64,000 nt of DNA from Ruthenibacterium sp. Lineage in GTDB: Bacteria > Bacillota > Clostridia > Oscillospirales > Ruminococcaceae. Within the stretch, counting starts at the first letter, position 1; every line of letters starts with the position of its first letter. The notes beneath the pieces are model-generated. The model made no database searches. It saw only the letters and a list, made by a program, of their open reading frames with translations, and was not told the origin of the DNA. The position numbers and the translations under genes are program-made. Shown piece after piece: positions 19,730 to 31,039 of this stretch. The DNA lies in assembly GCA_047030735.1 (NCBI GenBank), contig JBKYIE010000003.1:123693-187692 (forward strand), read 5' to 3'.

Positions 19730-21289
19730 ATGGACCCCATACAAGTAGGCCTTTTATGTATTCTGCCGCCGGTCATTGCCATCGGCCTTGCCCTCATTAC
19801 AAAAGAGGTGCTTTCCAGCCTGATGCTGGGCATTTTGTCCGGCACGCTCATTTACGCGCTCAACACGGGCGCGGGCCCCGTCAGCGCGGTGAGCAACGCC
19901 TTCACCATCATGGCGGATGAGTTTTCCGCCTCCATGATTGTGTTCCTGTGTCTTCTGGGCGGGCTGGTGGCCGTCATCAGCATGGCGGGTGGCTCGCGCG
20001 CATACGGCGAATGGGCCGCCAAGGGCGTGCGCAGCCGCAAAAGCGCGCAGTTTGCCACCAGTGCGCTGGGCGTTCTGATTTTTATTGACGACTATTTCAA
20101 CTGCCTTACGGTGGGCACGGTGATGAAGCCGCTTACGGATAAATATCATATTTCCCGTGCGAAGCTGGCCTACCTCATCGACGCCACGGCGGCGCCGGTG
20201 TGCATTATCGCGCCGGTGTCGTCCTGGGCGGCCAGCGTCATTTCCAGCCTGCCGGACGAGGGCGAAGGCGGCATGGCCACGTTCCTGTCTACCATTCCCT
20301 TCAACCTGTACGCCATTCTCACCATCATTATGATTGTGGTGGTTGTCGCCTTCAGGCTTGATTTCGGCCCCATGCAGAAATACGAGCTGGAGGCGCAGAT
20401 GCAGAAGGGCGACATCACGGACGACGCCACCGCCCAGGCCGATGACATCGGCGGGCTGAAGGTGTCTGCCAAAGGCACCTTGTGGGATTTGCTGGTGCCC
20501 ATTCTGGCGCTTATTGTCTTCTGCATCCTTTCCATGCTGTATACGGGCGGCTTCTTTGCGGGCGGCCTCAGCCTGTTCGAGGCCTTCGGCAACACCAACG
20601 CAAACCTTTCGCTCGCCATGGGCGGCTTCGGCGCCATTGTGGTGGCTGCGGTGCTGTTTCTGCCGCGCCGCATCCTCACCTTCCGCGGCTTTATGGACGG
20701 CATCACCGCGGGCATTAAATCCATGGTGCCGGCGTGCAGCATCCTCACCCTTGCCTGGACGCTGAAGGGCGTGTGCAATGCGCTGAGCGTGGGGCCGTAT
20801 GTGTCCGACGTGGTCAGCTCGTCCAGCGTGCCCATCGCCATCCTGCCCGCCATCGTGTTTGTGGTGGCCGCGTTCCTCTCCTTCTCCACAGGCACGGCCT
20901 GGGGCACGTTCGGCATCCTGATCCCCATCGTGGTGCCCATCTGTGAAAATGTGGATATCTCCATCCTCAGCATCATGCTGGCCGCCACGCTGGCCGGCTC
21001 TGTGTTCGGCGACCACTGCTCGCCCATTTCAGACACCACCATTTTGTCCTCCACCGGCGCCGGGTGCGACCATATCACGCATGTCTCCACGCAGATACCC
21101 TATGCGCTGCTGGTGGCGGGGTGCTGCTTTGCGGGCTACATTGTGGCCGGGCTTACGCGCAATGTGGTTATTACGCTGGTGTTCAGCGTGGCGCTGCTGA
21201 TAGGCGCACTGCTTGTGCTGCACAAGCTGACACTCAAAAAGGAAAGCGCCGCCGCCAAAGCAGAGCTTGCCCGGCGCGGCGAGGGCTGA
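19730..21289 (+). CDS. NhaC-family Na+/H+ antiporter or amino-acid transporter
   Basis: FIDDYFN, AYLIDATAAP, TGTAWGTFGI, FGDHCSPISDTTILSS. Confidence 0.9.
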   Translation: MDPIQVGLLCILPPVIAIGLALITKEVLSSLMLGILSGTLIYALNTGAGPVSAVSNAFTIMADEFSASMIVFLCLLGGLVAVISMAGGSRAYGEWAAKGVRSRKSAQFATSALGVLIFIDDYFNCLTVGTVMKPLTDKYHISRAKLAYLIDATAAPVCIIAPVSSWAASVISSLPDEGEGGMATFLSTIPFNLYAILTIIMIVVVVAFRLDFGPMQKYELEAQMQKGDITDDATAQADDIGGLKVSAKGTLWDLLVPILALIVFCILSMLYTGGFFAGGLSLFEAFGNTNANLSLAMGGFGAIVVAAVLFLPRRILTFRGFMDGITAGIKSMVPACSILTLAWTLKGVCNALSVGPYVSDVVSSSSVPIAILPAIVFVVAAFLSFSTGTAWGTFGILIPIVVPICENVDISILSIMLAATLAGSVFGDHCSPISDTTILSSTGAGCDHITHVSTQIPYALLVAGCCFAGYIVAGLTRNVVITLVFSVALLIGALLVLHKLTLKKESAAAKAELARRGEG

Positions 21290-21755
21290 CAGGCTGTTCA
21301 CACGCCTGTATCCGGCTGTGTATCAGGGGCTGTATGCCTGCCTGATACACAGCGCAGCCTTGCATTCTCTGGCACAGCCGGGGCCGTTTTGGCCCCGGCT
21401 GTGCGCGTTTGCGGGCAGGCGCCCGGTGTGGAAGCGGTAGGCAATTTCACGAAATTTTGTGTGTATGAAGCGTACATCTGAGCACAAACGCATAAAATTC
21501 TGGAAAAACGGCCGCAAAAAACAGCGCTTTTCGTACCGGAAAATTCAATAAAATTCACATAATATTCAAATAAATAACGATATATCGCTATTTTTATGCC
21601 GTCTTTTCATACAAATAAAGAGTGTGCAAAATTTATAAGGAACAATTGATTTTTGTTTCATAATTTATTATAATAAAGTTCATACTTTCGCCAGTTGTAT
21701 CATGCTGAAAAGAGTGGTATACCGGCGAAAAATTGCAAAAAGGGGAGAAAAGCAA

Positions 21756-23477
21756 ATGAAAAAAGCACTTGCACTTGTGCTGGCCCTGGCTTTGGCACTG
21801 AGCCTGGCCGCCTGCGGAGGGTCTCCGGCGCCGGCGTCCAGCTCTGCGGCTGGAAGCACGTCCACCGCGCAGCCTGCCGCCTCCGGCACAATGACCACCA
21901 ACGGCCTGTACCCGGGCACCGCCGACCCTGAGGCAGTCACCTATAACGCTGCTGCCGAGCCCGGCGATATGAACAGCGTTACCACTACGGACTCTGTGTC
22001 CATTTCCATTATGCGCGACACCATGGAGGGCCTGACCAGCCTGGACCAGAACAGCGAGCCCATCCCCGGCGTGGCCGAGACGTGGGACGTGTCTGACGAC
22101 GGCACTGTCTATACCTTCCACCTGCGCGACGATGCAGTATGGTCCAACGGCGAGAAGATTACGGCCGACGACTTCGTGTTTGCCTGGACGCAGCTCTTCA
22201 CGCCGGAGACGGGCGCCTCTTACGGCGGCACCTGGGCGAGCTACATCAAGGGCGCACAGGAGATGATCGACGGCACGGGCGACGCCAGCGGCCTGGGCGT
22301 AAAGGCCCTGAGCGAAAATACGCTGGAGGTCACCCTGACGCACCCCTGCACCTATTTCCTGAGCCTGACTGCGTTCCCCAACTTCTACCCCATCAACGAG
22401 GACTTCTGGAATGAGGTGGGCGGCGTGGAAAAATACGGCCGCAGCGCAGACACCATGCTGTACAACGGCCCGTATGTCATCAGCGAGTGGACCCATGAAG
22501 ACCACGTTACCATGACGAAGAACGACCAGTATTGGGATAAAGAGAACAAGGCGTTCATTCCCACTGTCAACGTTGTGATGATTGCCGACTCCAACGCCGC
22601 GATCAACTCCTTCCAGGGCGGCGAGCTGGATATGGTCAACCTGAACGGCGACCAGAAGGCCATGTTCGAGGCCGAGGGCTGCGTAACTGCCCAGTATGAT
22701 GAGGCAACCTGCAGCTACATGGAATATAACCTGACCGACGGCGTGTCCAGCGAGGCGGTGCAGAAGGCGCTGAACAACGCCAAGGTGCGCACGGCCATGA
22801 CGCTGGCCATTGACTCCGACAGCTATAACAAGAACATTGCCAAGAACAGCAACACCGTGGCCAACGGCATGGTGCCTGAGGGCATCACCGAGGGCGTTTA
22901 CGGCGAGGCCCGCGGCAACCTGATTGACCGCAGCATGTCTGAGGAAGAAATCAAGGCCCTGTTCGATGAAGGTATGAGCGAGGCAGGCGTGGATGTGGCC
23001 GACTTCAAGCCGGTTATCACCACCGACGACACGGACGCCGCCAAGCAGTTCGCCACCTTCATCCAGAACCAGTGGAAGGAAAAGCTGGGCTTTGACTCCA
23101 GCGTGGAGCAGATCACCTTCCAGAGCCGTCTGGATAAGCAGACGAAGAAGACCTTTGACGTGATCCCCTCCCTGTGGAGCCCCGATTACAACGACCCCAT
23201 GACCTATCTGGATATGTTCGTCACCGACAGCGGCAACAACCACACCGGCTGGAGCAACGCCGAGTATGACGAGCTGATTGCCAACGCGATGGTGGAGGCG
23301 GATGCCGACACCCGCACCCAGATGCTGATTGACGCCGAGAAGATTCTGATGGAAGAGATGCCTGTCGGCCCGACCTACTGCCGTGTGCGCGACTACCTGT
23401 GCTCTGACAAGCTGACGGGCGTTGTCCGCAGCGCGTTCCAGGAGACTGTGATGCATTTCGCCAAAATCGCTGAGTAA
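21756..23477 (+). CDS. oppA: Oligopeptide ABC transporter substrate-binding lipoprotein
   Basis: Lipobox LAAC; PGVAETWDVSDDGTVYTFHLR, NGPY, WSPDYNDP. Confidence 0.92.
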   Translation: MKKALALVLALALALSLAACGGSPAPASSSAAGSTSTAQPAASGTMTTNGLYPGTADPEAVTYNAAAEPGDMNSVTTTDSVSISIMRDTMEGLTSLDQNSEPIPGVAETWDVSDDGTVYTFHLRDDAVWSNGEKITADDFVFAWTQLFTPETGASYGGTWASYIKGAQEMIDGTGDASGLGVKALSENTLEVTLTHPCTYFLSLTAFPNFYPINEDFWNEVGGVEKYGRSADTMLYNGPYVISEWTHEDHVTMTKNDQYWDKENKAFIPTVNVVMIADSNAAINSFQGGELDMVNLNGDQKAMFEAEGCVTAQYDEATCSYMEYNLTDGVSSEAVQKALNNAKVRTAMTLAIDSDSYNKNIAKNSNTVANGMVPEGITEGVYGEARGNLIDRSMSEEEIKALFDEGMSEAGVDVADFKPVITTDDTDAAKQFATFIQNQWKEKLGFDSSVEQITFQSRLDKQTKKTFDVIPSLWSPDYNDPMTYLDMFVTDSGNNHTGWSNAEYDELIANAMVEADADTRTQMLIDAEKILMEEMPVGPTYCRVRDYLCSDKLTGVVRSAFQETVMHFAKIAE

Positions 23478-23501
23478 AACCGGCGCGGCGTGAGCTGAAG
23501 G

Positions 23502-23538
23502 AAAAACCGGCTGCCCTGCAGCGGGCAGCCGGTTTTTT
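23502..23538 (+). terminator. Terminator or stabilising hairpin after oppA
   Basis: AAAAACCGGCTGCCC...GGGCAGCCGGTTTTTT. Confidence 0.8.
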
Positions 23539-23738
23539 GGCTTTTTCACACTTGAAAAATGTCAAAGCAGACAGCAGCGGGATGTGTGCCCGCCGCTGTC
23601 TGCTTATCAAAGCCTCAAAGCAGCACAGGGCGTTTTGGGGCTTTGATAAGCAAATTCTGCCGTTTTCAGAATGGCGCGCCTGCCGCAGGGCGGCGCCCCT
23701 TCCGTTTTTCTCATTTTCTTAGTAAGGAGCTGGTTTGC

Positions 23739-24686
23739 GTGACCAAGTACATCCTCAAAAGGATCCTCTACTCGCTGTTGACGGTCTTTTTGATTGTGGC
23801 GCTGACATTCTTCATGATGCACGCGCTGCCGGGCGACCCGTTCAGCACCGGCAAGGCCATCGACCCTTCCATTATGGAAGCCATGATGGAAAAGTACGAT
23901 TTGGATAAGCCCGTCTTTCAGCAGTTTGTGAAATATATTTCCAACGTGCTGCACGGCGATTTGGGCATCAGCCTGAAATATAAGCGCCCTGTGACAGAGA
24001 TTATCGGCGAAAGCTTCCCCTATTCGTTTGAGCTGGGCGTGCGCGCGCTGATATTTTCCACAGTGGCCGGGCTGCTGCTGGGCATTGTGGCGGCGGTGAA
24101 GCGCGGCACCAAATGGGATACCGGCAGCATGCTGGTGGCCATGCTGGGCGTGTCCATGCCGTCGTTTATTGTGGGCGCGCTGCTGCAGTATTTCCTGGGG
24201 CTGAAGCTGATGCAGGCGACGGGCGTAAGCCTGTTTCCCATTACCGGCTGGGGCACAGAGATGAGCAAGCTGCTGCCGTCCTTTGCGCTGGGCTTTGGCA
24301 CGCTGGCCATTGTGTCGCGCCTGATGCGCACCAGCATGCTGGACGTGCTCAATCAGGACTATATCAAGACGGCCAAGGCCAAGGGCCTGTCCAGCAAAAA
24401 AATTATTTGGAAGCATGCGGTGCGCAACGCCATTATGCCGGTTATCACGGTGCTGGGGCCGCAGGCTGCCGCCATCCTCACCGGCGCCATGGTGGTGGAG
24501 AAAATTTTCGCCATTCCCGGCATGGGCAAGTTCTTTGTCACCAGCATCACCAACAACGATTACACCATGATTGCGGGCACCACCATTTTCTACGGCGTAT
24601 TCCTGGTGGCGGCCAACCTCATCGTGGACGTCCTGTATTGTGTCATTGACCCGCGCGTCAAGCTGGCCGGCGGAAAGGAGGGCTGA
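23739..24686 (+). CDS. oppB: Oligopeptide ABC permease
   Basis: GTG after AAGGAG; LPGDPF, GDLGIS, DYIKTAKAKGL. Confidence 0.92.
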   Translation: MTKYILKRILYSLLTVFLIVALTFFMMHALPGDPFSTGKAIDPSIMEAMMEKYDLDKPVFQQFVKYISNVLHGDLGISLKYKRPVTEIIGESFPYSFELGVRALIFSTVAGLLLGIVAAVKRGTKWDTGSMLVAMLGVSMPSFIVGALLQYFLGLKLMQATGVSLFPITGWGTEMSKLLPSFALGFGTLAIVSRLMRTSMLDVLNQDYIKTAKAKGLSSKKIIWKHAVRNAIMPVITVLGPQAAAILTGAMVVEKIFAIPGMGKFFVTSITNNDYTMIAGTTIFYGVFLVAANLIVDVLYCVIDPRVKLAGGKEG

Positions 24687-24692
24687 GGACCA

Positions 24693-25703
24693 ATGAATAA
24701 AAAACAGAAAGCACTGGCCGCGGCCCTGGAGGCAAAAGAGCAGGAGCGCATTGCCGCCGCCGCCCACTACGACCCAGCCGATGCTGATTTCGAGGTGATA
24801 GGCCCGGATGTAAACAGCCGCGAGGCCATTGCCCGCCCTTCAGTGAGCTTCTGGCAGGATGCCATGCGCCGCCTGTTCTCGAACAAGACGGCGATTGTGT
24901 GCATGATTGTCATTGCGCTGATTGTGCTGATGGCGATTTTCCAGCCCATTGTAAGCCCGTTCACAGAGGAAGAGCAGCATGTCACCCATACCAACGCGCA
25001 CATGTTTACAGTGTGTGCCGACACGGGCCACATGCATGTGTTCGGCACGGATAATATGGGCCGCGACCTGTTCACCCGCGCCTGGATGGGCGCCCGCGTC
25101 TCTCTGGCCATGGCCCTGACGGCCGTTATTGCCAACGGCATCATCGGCCTGATTTACGGCGGCATCTCCGGCTATTTCGGCGGCGCGCTGGACAATGTCA
25201 TGATGCGCATTATCGAGATTATCAACGGCATCCCGTACCTGATTATTCTGATTTTGTTCATGCTTATCATGGGCGCAGGCGTAAAAAGCATGATTATCGC
25301 CTATATCATCGCGGGCTGGACGGGCATTGCGCGCCTTACCCGCGGCCAGATTGTGTCTTTGAAGGAGCAGGAGTTTGTGGTGGCCGCCCGCGCTATGGGC
25401 GCAAAGCCGGCGCGCATCATCATAAAGCACCTCATCCCCAACCTTCTGAGCGTGGTTATCGTGCAGATCACCATGGCTATCCCCAGCATGATTTTCAACG
25501 AATCCTTCCTCTCGTTCATCGGCCTGGGCGTGCCTATCCCCACCTCCTCCTGGGGGCAGATGGCCAACGATGGGTTCGGCATGTTCCGCATGTATCCGTG
25601 GCAGATGCTCATTCCCGCAGTGCTCATCAGCCTGACGATGCTCAGCTTCAACCTGCTGGGCGATGCGCTGCGCGACAGTGTTGACCCGAAACTGAGGAGG
25701 TGA
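24693..25703 (+). CDS. oppC: Oligopeptide ABC permease
   Basis: FGTDNMGRD, EFVVAARAMGA, LGDALRD..DP. Confidence 0.92.
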   Translation: MNKKQKALAAALEAKEQERIAAAAHYDPADADFEVIGPDVNSREAIARPSVSFWQDAMRRLFSNKTAIVCMIVIALIVLMAIFQPIVSPFTEEEQHVTHTNAHMFTVCADTGHMHVFGTDNMGRDLFTRAWMGARVSLAMALTAVIANGIIGLIYGGISGYFGGALDNVMMRIIEIINGIPYLIILILFMLIMGAGVKSMIIAYIIAGWTGIARLTRGQIVSLKEQEFVVAARAMGAKPARIIIKHLIPNLLSVVIVQITMAIPSMIFNESFLSFIGLGVPIPTSSWGQMANDGFGMFRMYPWQMLIPAVLISLTMLSFNLLGDALRDSVDPKLRR

Positions 25704-25708
25704 GAGGC

Positions 25709-26710
25709 ATGGCAGACGTATTGAAAATTGAAAACCTGCACGTCTCTTTCGACACCTATGCGGGCGAGGTGCACGCGGTGCGCGGCGTTTCGCTGCATGT
25801 GGGCGAGGGCGAGGTGCTTGCCGTTGTGGGCGAATCCGGCTGCGGCAAATCGGTGACGGCGCAGACCATCATGAAGCTGAACCCCATGCCGCCCGCCCGC
25901 ATCAAAGAGGGCAGCATCAATTTGTGCGGCGAGGACATTGTAGCTGCAAACGAAAAGAAGATGCAGGACATCCGCGGCCGCCTTGTGAGTATGATATTTC
26001 AGGACCCCATGACCTGCCTGAACCCCACCATGAAGGTGGGCAAGCAGCTGACGGAGGCCATCTGCCAGCACCGCAAGCTGTCGGCGGACGAGGCGAAAAA
26101 AGAGGCCGTGCGCCTTTTGGAAATGGTGCAGATACCCAATGCGGCCGAGCGCGCCGAGCAGTACCCCCACGAATTTTCGGGCGGCATGCGCCAGCGCGCC
26201 ATGATAGCCATGGCCATGAGCTGTGAGCCCAAGCTGCTGATTGCAGACGAGCCCACCACCGCGCTGGATGTGACCATTCAGGCGCAGATTATGCAGCTTA
26301 TGGCGAAGGTGCGCGAAGAGACGGGCACCGCCATCATCCTCATCACGCACGATTTGGGTGTGGTGGCCAACCTGGCAGACCGCGTGGCCGTGATGTACGC
26401 GGGCAAAATTGTAGAGACGGGCACGGCGGAGGATATTTTCTACCGCCCGAAGCACCCCTATACGCAGGCGCTGCTGAAAAGCCTGCCCACGGTGGAAACC
26501 TCCCGCGAGGAAAAGCTGGTGTCCATTGCCGGCACCCCGCCGGATTTGTTCATGCCGCCCAAGGGCTGCGAATTTGCCAGCCGCTGCGAGCACTGCATGA
26601 AGGTGTGCAAAAAGCATGTGCCGCCCACCTACGAGGTGGGGGCGGGCCACAAGGCTGTCTGCTGGCGGCTGCACCCCGCCTGCCCGGCGCAGAGTAAGGA
26701 GGGGAACTGA
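25709..26710 (+). CDS. oppD: Oligopeptide ABC ATPase
   Basis: GESGCGKS, FQDPMTCLNP, YPHEFSGGMRQR, C-terminal Cys motif. Confidence 0.92.
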   Translation: MADVLKIENLHVSFDTYAGEVHAVRGVSLHVGEGEVLAVVGESGCGKSVTAQTIMKLNPMPPARIKEGSINLCGEDIVAANEKKMQDIRGRLVSMIFQDPMTCLNPTMKVGKQLTEAICQHRKLSADEAKKEAVRLLEMVQIPNAAERAEQYPHEFSGGMRQRAMIAMAMSCEPKLLIADEPTTALDVTIQAQIMQLMAKVREETGTAIILITHDLGVVANLADRVAVMYAGKIVETGTAEDIFYRPKHPYTQALLKSLPTVETSREEKLVSIAGTPPDLFMPPKGCEFASRCEHCMKVCKKHVPPTYEVGAGHKAVCWRLHPACPAQSKEGN

Positions 26711-26712
26711 GA

Positions 26713-27702
<990 letters not shown>

Positions 27703-27741
27703 AAGGGCCTTCCGGCGCCTTTGCGCCGGGGCGGGAAAGAA

Positions 27742-27980
27742 GGTTATAGCCACCGGCAGAGCCGGCGGCCGGATTAGGCCCCGCAAGGGCCTGGTGCCGG
27801 CAGGCGTCTTAAAACGCATTGAAATTTCTTTCACCTGCCAGCCCGTAAACGGGCGAAGCCCTGTTCTGATGAAAGCCCTCCTTCGCTGTAAGGCCGGCTG
27901 TCGGCAGCCCGCTTTGCCCGATGCCTGAAGCGAACGCTTTTTTACGGGACGCATCCACCCGGCAGGGCCGGTGGCCTCCG
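27742..27980 (-). mobile_element. IS200-derived miniature element, copy C
   Basis: TAGCCACCGGCAGAGCCGGCGG...GCCCGTAAACGGGC...CCGATGCCTGAAGCGAACGCTTTT; matches the reverse complement of 44330-44576. Confidence 0.7.
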
Positions 27981-28070
27981 TAACCAGAAAAACGCCCCGC
28001 CTTCTGCAGCAGCAGAAGGCGGGGCGTGCTTTTTCAGGGGTGCCTGTGCGCAAAACGCGCGGCCCTGGTT

Positions 28071-29357
28071 TTATTCAGCCCGGCCCGGGCGCTGGCCGCC
28101 CTCGTGCGGCACAGAGACAATGAGGCTGAGGATGCGCTGCTCTTCCATTTTATGCACCTCGGCATGCAGGCCGCCGGAGGAAAAGCCTTCGCCCTCCTGC
28201 GGGATATGCCCCAGCACGCCCAGCGCCCAGCCGCCCACGGTGCTGTGGCCGCTTTCAAACTGCCGCCCGTCCATATCGGCGGCCTCCAGCAGGTCCTCCA
28301 GCCGGGCGTCGCCGTCCACAAGGAAACGGCCGTTTTCCAGGCGGGTGATGAGTGTTTCGGCCTCGTCCGTCTCATCCCATATCTCGCCCACCAGCTCTTC
28401 CAGAATGTCCTCCATGGTCACAAGGCCCAGTGTGCCGCCGTGCTCGTCCGTCACAATGGCAAGCTGCTGCTTCGTGCGGCGGAATTCGGCCAAAAGCTCG
28501 TTGATATGCTTTGTGCGGTACACAAAGGGCACAGGGTGCATCAGTCCCGCGGCGTCTATCTGCCGGCCGCAGGCAAGGCAGGCCAGCAGGTCTTTGGCGT
28601 GCAGGACGCCCACGATGCAGTCTATGGTGCCGTCGTACACGGGCAGGCGGCTGCGCCCCTCGGAAAGGCACGTCTGCAAAATTTCGCTGCCTGAGGCGGT
28701 GAGCGGCACGGCGGCCATGTCCACGCGCGGCACGAGGATATCCTGCACCGTGATGTTGTCAAATTCAATGGCGGAATGGATGATGTCCGTCTCCTGCCTG
28801 TCCAGAACGCCCTCCTCTTCCACCGTGTCGATAATGGTCTTTAATTCCTCCTCCGTCACGCTGGGCTGCACGTTCAGCTCGGCGGAACGGCGGCCTGTGA
28901 ACAGGCGCTTGAGCCGTACGAACACCCACACAAGCGGTGTGAGCAGCCGCTTTACCCAGGTGAGCGAGCCGGAGACAGCCAGCGCCACCCTCTCTGCGTT
29001 TTCCTTGGCAAAGCTTTTGGGCAGTATCTCACCGAAAATAAGCACCAGCACCGTCATCACCACCGTGGACATGGCAGGGCCCGTGGCGGGGCCCAGCAGC
29101 GAGGTGGCCACCGTAGTGGCAATGGCGGTAGAGGCGATATTCACCACGTTGTTGCCAATGAGAATGGCAGAGAGCGTGCGGTCAAAATCATCCGCCAGGC
29201 GCAGCACGGCACCCGCCTTGCGGCTGCCGCTTTCCGCCTTTGTTTTCAGCCGCACCCGGTTTGAGGAGGATATGGCCGTCTCGCTGGCGGAAAAATAGGC
29301 CGAACCGGCAAGCAACAGAATAAGCACAAGCGCCATACCGGCACCAGGGGTATCCAA
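28071..29357 (-). CDS. Hemolysin-family (CNNM/CBS/CorC) transporter
   Basis: FSASETA, ILIGNNVVN, IFGEILPK, SRLPVY, DEHGGTLGLVTMEDILEELVGEI. Confidence 0.92.
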   Translation of the reverse strand: MDTPGAGMALVLILLLAGSAYFSASETAISSSNRVRLKTKAESGSRKAGAVLRLADDFDRTLSAILIGNNVVNIASTAIATTVATSLLGPATGPAMSTVVMTVLVLIFGEILPKSFAKENAERVALAVSGSLTWVKRLLTPLVWVFVRLKRLFTGRRSAELNVQPSVTEEELKTIIDTVEEEGVLDRQETDIIHSAIEFDNITVQDILVPRVDMAAVPLTASGSEILQTCLSEGRSRLPVYDGTIDCIVGVLHAKDLLACLACGRQIDAAGLMHPVPFVYRTKHINELLAEFRRTKQQLAIVTDEHGGTLGLVTMEDILEELVGEIWDETDEAETLITRLENGRFLVDGDARLEDLLEAADMDGRQFESGHSTVGGWALGVLGHIPQEGEGFSSGGLHAEVHKMEEQRILSLIVSVPHEGGQRPGRAE

Positions 29358-29561
29358 AATAAAACAGCTCCTTTTTCTGCGGCACAGGGCCGGGGCGCGT
29401 CCGCGTGCCCGGCGGCGCCGGGCCGCACAGTCAGTATTCCAATATCATAGCAAATTCATGCGGGCTGCGCAAGCCAATGGGCCTTGCGCGCGCGCAAAGC
29501 AGGTGTATAATAGAAACCGGATATGCCATGCCGTGCATGGCGCAGGAGGGGGAGGCATACG

Positions 29562-30224
29562 ATGAAGAAAGCTCGGGCGGTGCTGTTCGATATGGACGGC
29601 CTGATGTTCGACACACAGCGCCTTTGGGACAAGGCGTGGCAACAGGCGGGCGAAGCCTGCGGGGTGGCCATGGGCGAAGCGCAGATAGCCCCGCTGCGGG
29701 GGCGCAGCCTGGCGGATTCCCGCGCTATTTTTGAAAAAAATGTGGCGCCGGGCGAGGTGTTTGACCGCTGCAACGCCATGGCGGACGCCCTTGTCCGCGA
29801 ATGGCTGCGCGGCGAGGTGCCCATGAAGCCCGGCCTGTTGCAGCTTTTGGCTTATTTGCAGCGCACAGGGCGCGTTATGGCGGTGGTGTCCTCCACCGAG
29901 CAGGACCTTGTGAAGGACCTTTTGCGGCGCACCGGCATCCTGCATTATTTTTCCGCTGTGGTGTGCGGCGATATGGTGCGGCACTCGAAGCCCGCGCCGG
30001 ATATTTACCTGCTGGGCGCGCAGCGCGTGGGCGTGCCGCCCGAGCAGTGCCTTGTGCTGGAAGATTCGGAAAACGGCGCCCGCGCGGGTATTGCCGCCGG
30101 GTGCCGGACGGTGGTGGTGCCGGATATTGCCCCGGTGGCGCGGCAGGTGCTGGACGCTGCGGCCGCGGTGGTGCCCAGCCTCAGCGGCGTGATACCCCTT
30201 TTAGAACAGGAGGAACAGGAATGA
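29562..30224 (+). CDS. HAD-family phosphatase (beta-PGM-like)
   Basis: FDMDGLMFDT, KPAPDIY, LEDSENG. Confidence 0.9.
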   Translation: MKKARAVLFDMDGLMFDTQRLWDKAWQQAGEACGVAMGEAQIAPLRGRSLADSRAIFEKNVAPGEVFDRCNAMADALVREWLRGEVPMKPGLLQLLAYLQRTGRVMAVVSSTEQDLVKDLLRRTGILHYFSAVVCGDMVRHSKPAPDIYLLGAQRVGVPPEQCLVLEDSENGARAGIAAGCRTVVVPDIAPVARQVLDAAAAVVPSLSGVIPLLEQEEQE

Positions 30225-30724
30225 GCCAGGTAAAAAACGAGCCCTCGAACCGCAACCCCGTCATCTGTGCAGTGCGCGAGCAGCTGGAGCACCGCGCCCT
30301 GTGGCTGTATCTGCTTTGCGATGAAGCGCAGAAGAAAAACCTTGCCTGGGAAGACTTTGCCTGTGACGCCGTGCGCCGCTGCGGGCTGTACCAGGGCGAT
30401 GGTCTTGTGAAAAAGGGCGGCTCACGCAGCCTGCGCGCACTGAAGAAAACGCTGTTTACCCTGCCCGCGCGCATGGTGTTCGAGATAAAGGTGGGCCAGG
30501 TGACGGATGATGCGCTGGACCTCGATTTCCATTACTGCCCGCTGGTGAAGGCCTGGCAGAAGCAGGGCTGCACAGACGAGGAGATACAGCGCCTGTGCGA
30601 CATTGCCATGTGCGGCGACCATGCCATTGCCGGGCAGTACGGCTGCGAGCTGCTGCTGCCCCAGACCATTGCAGGCGGGGCCGATTGCTGCCAGCTTCGC
30701 TTCCGCCGCAAAAAGGAACAGTAA
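30221..30724 (+). CDS. L-2-amino-thiazoline-4-carboxylic acid hydrolase-family protein
   Basis: FHYCPLVKAW...LCDIAMCGD...TIAGGADCC.LRF; ATGA overlap with the HAD gene. Confidence 0.75.
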   Translation: MSQVKNEPSNRNPVICAVREQLEHRALWLYLLCDEAQKKNLAWEDFACDAVRRCGLYQGDGLVKKGGSRSLRALKKTLFTLPARMVFEIKVGQVTDDALDLDFHYCPLVKAWQKQGCTDEEIQRLCDIAMCGDHAIAGQYGCELLLPQTIAGGADCCQLRFRRKKEQ

Positions 30725-30969
30725 GTCAGGCCCCCGGCAAAGCCTGGGGCTTGCGTAAGCCCTGAAAGGGCTGCCGGCAAGCTTCTCAAGAGGCACTGAA
30801 AAAAACCGCCGCCTGCATCACTTGCCCTACGGCCCGTAAACGGGCGCCATTTGTCCAAAATTATCTTTCTGGCAATCGTAAAGTTGTTAATCTCTTCCCG
30901 CTTCGCTCGATGCTGGAAGCGAAAGCTTTTTACTCTCCCCAGCAGACCTGGGGGGCATTTCGCTAAAGC
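30724..30969 (-). mobile_element. IS200-derived miniature element, copy D
   Basis: AGTCAGGCCCCCGGCAAAGCC...CCCGTAAACGGG...CGCTTCGCTCGATGCTGGAAGCGAAAGCTTTT...TTCGCTAAAGC. Confidence 0.75.
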
Positions 30970-31039
30970 ATGCAAAACGAACCACACCCCTGCTTCCGGC
31001 ATTTGTGCACCGAAAGCAGGGGCGTGTTTTTTCTGGGAA

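Noticed and set aside
21440..21520. CodY-like boxes upstream of oppA
   Set aside because: Four or more mismatches to AATTTTCWGAAAATT in AT-rich DNA
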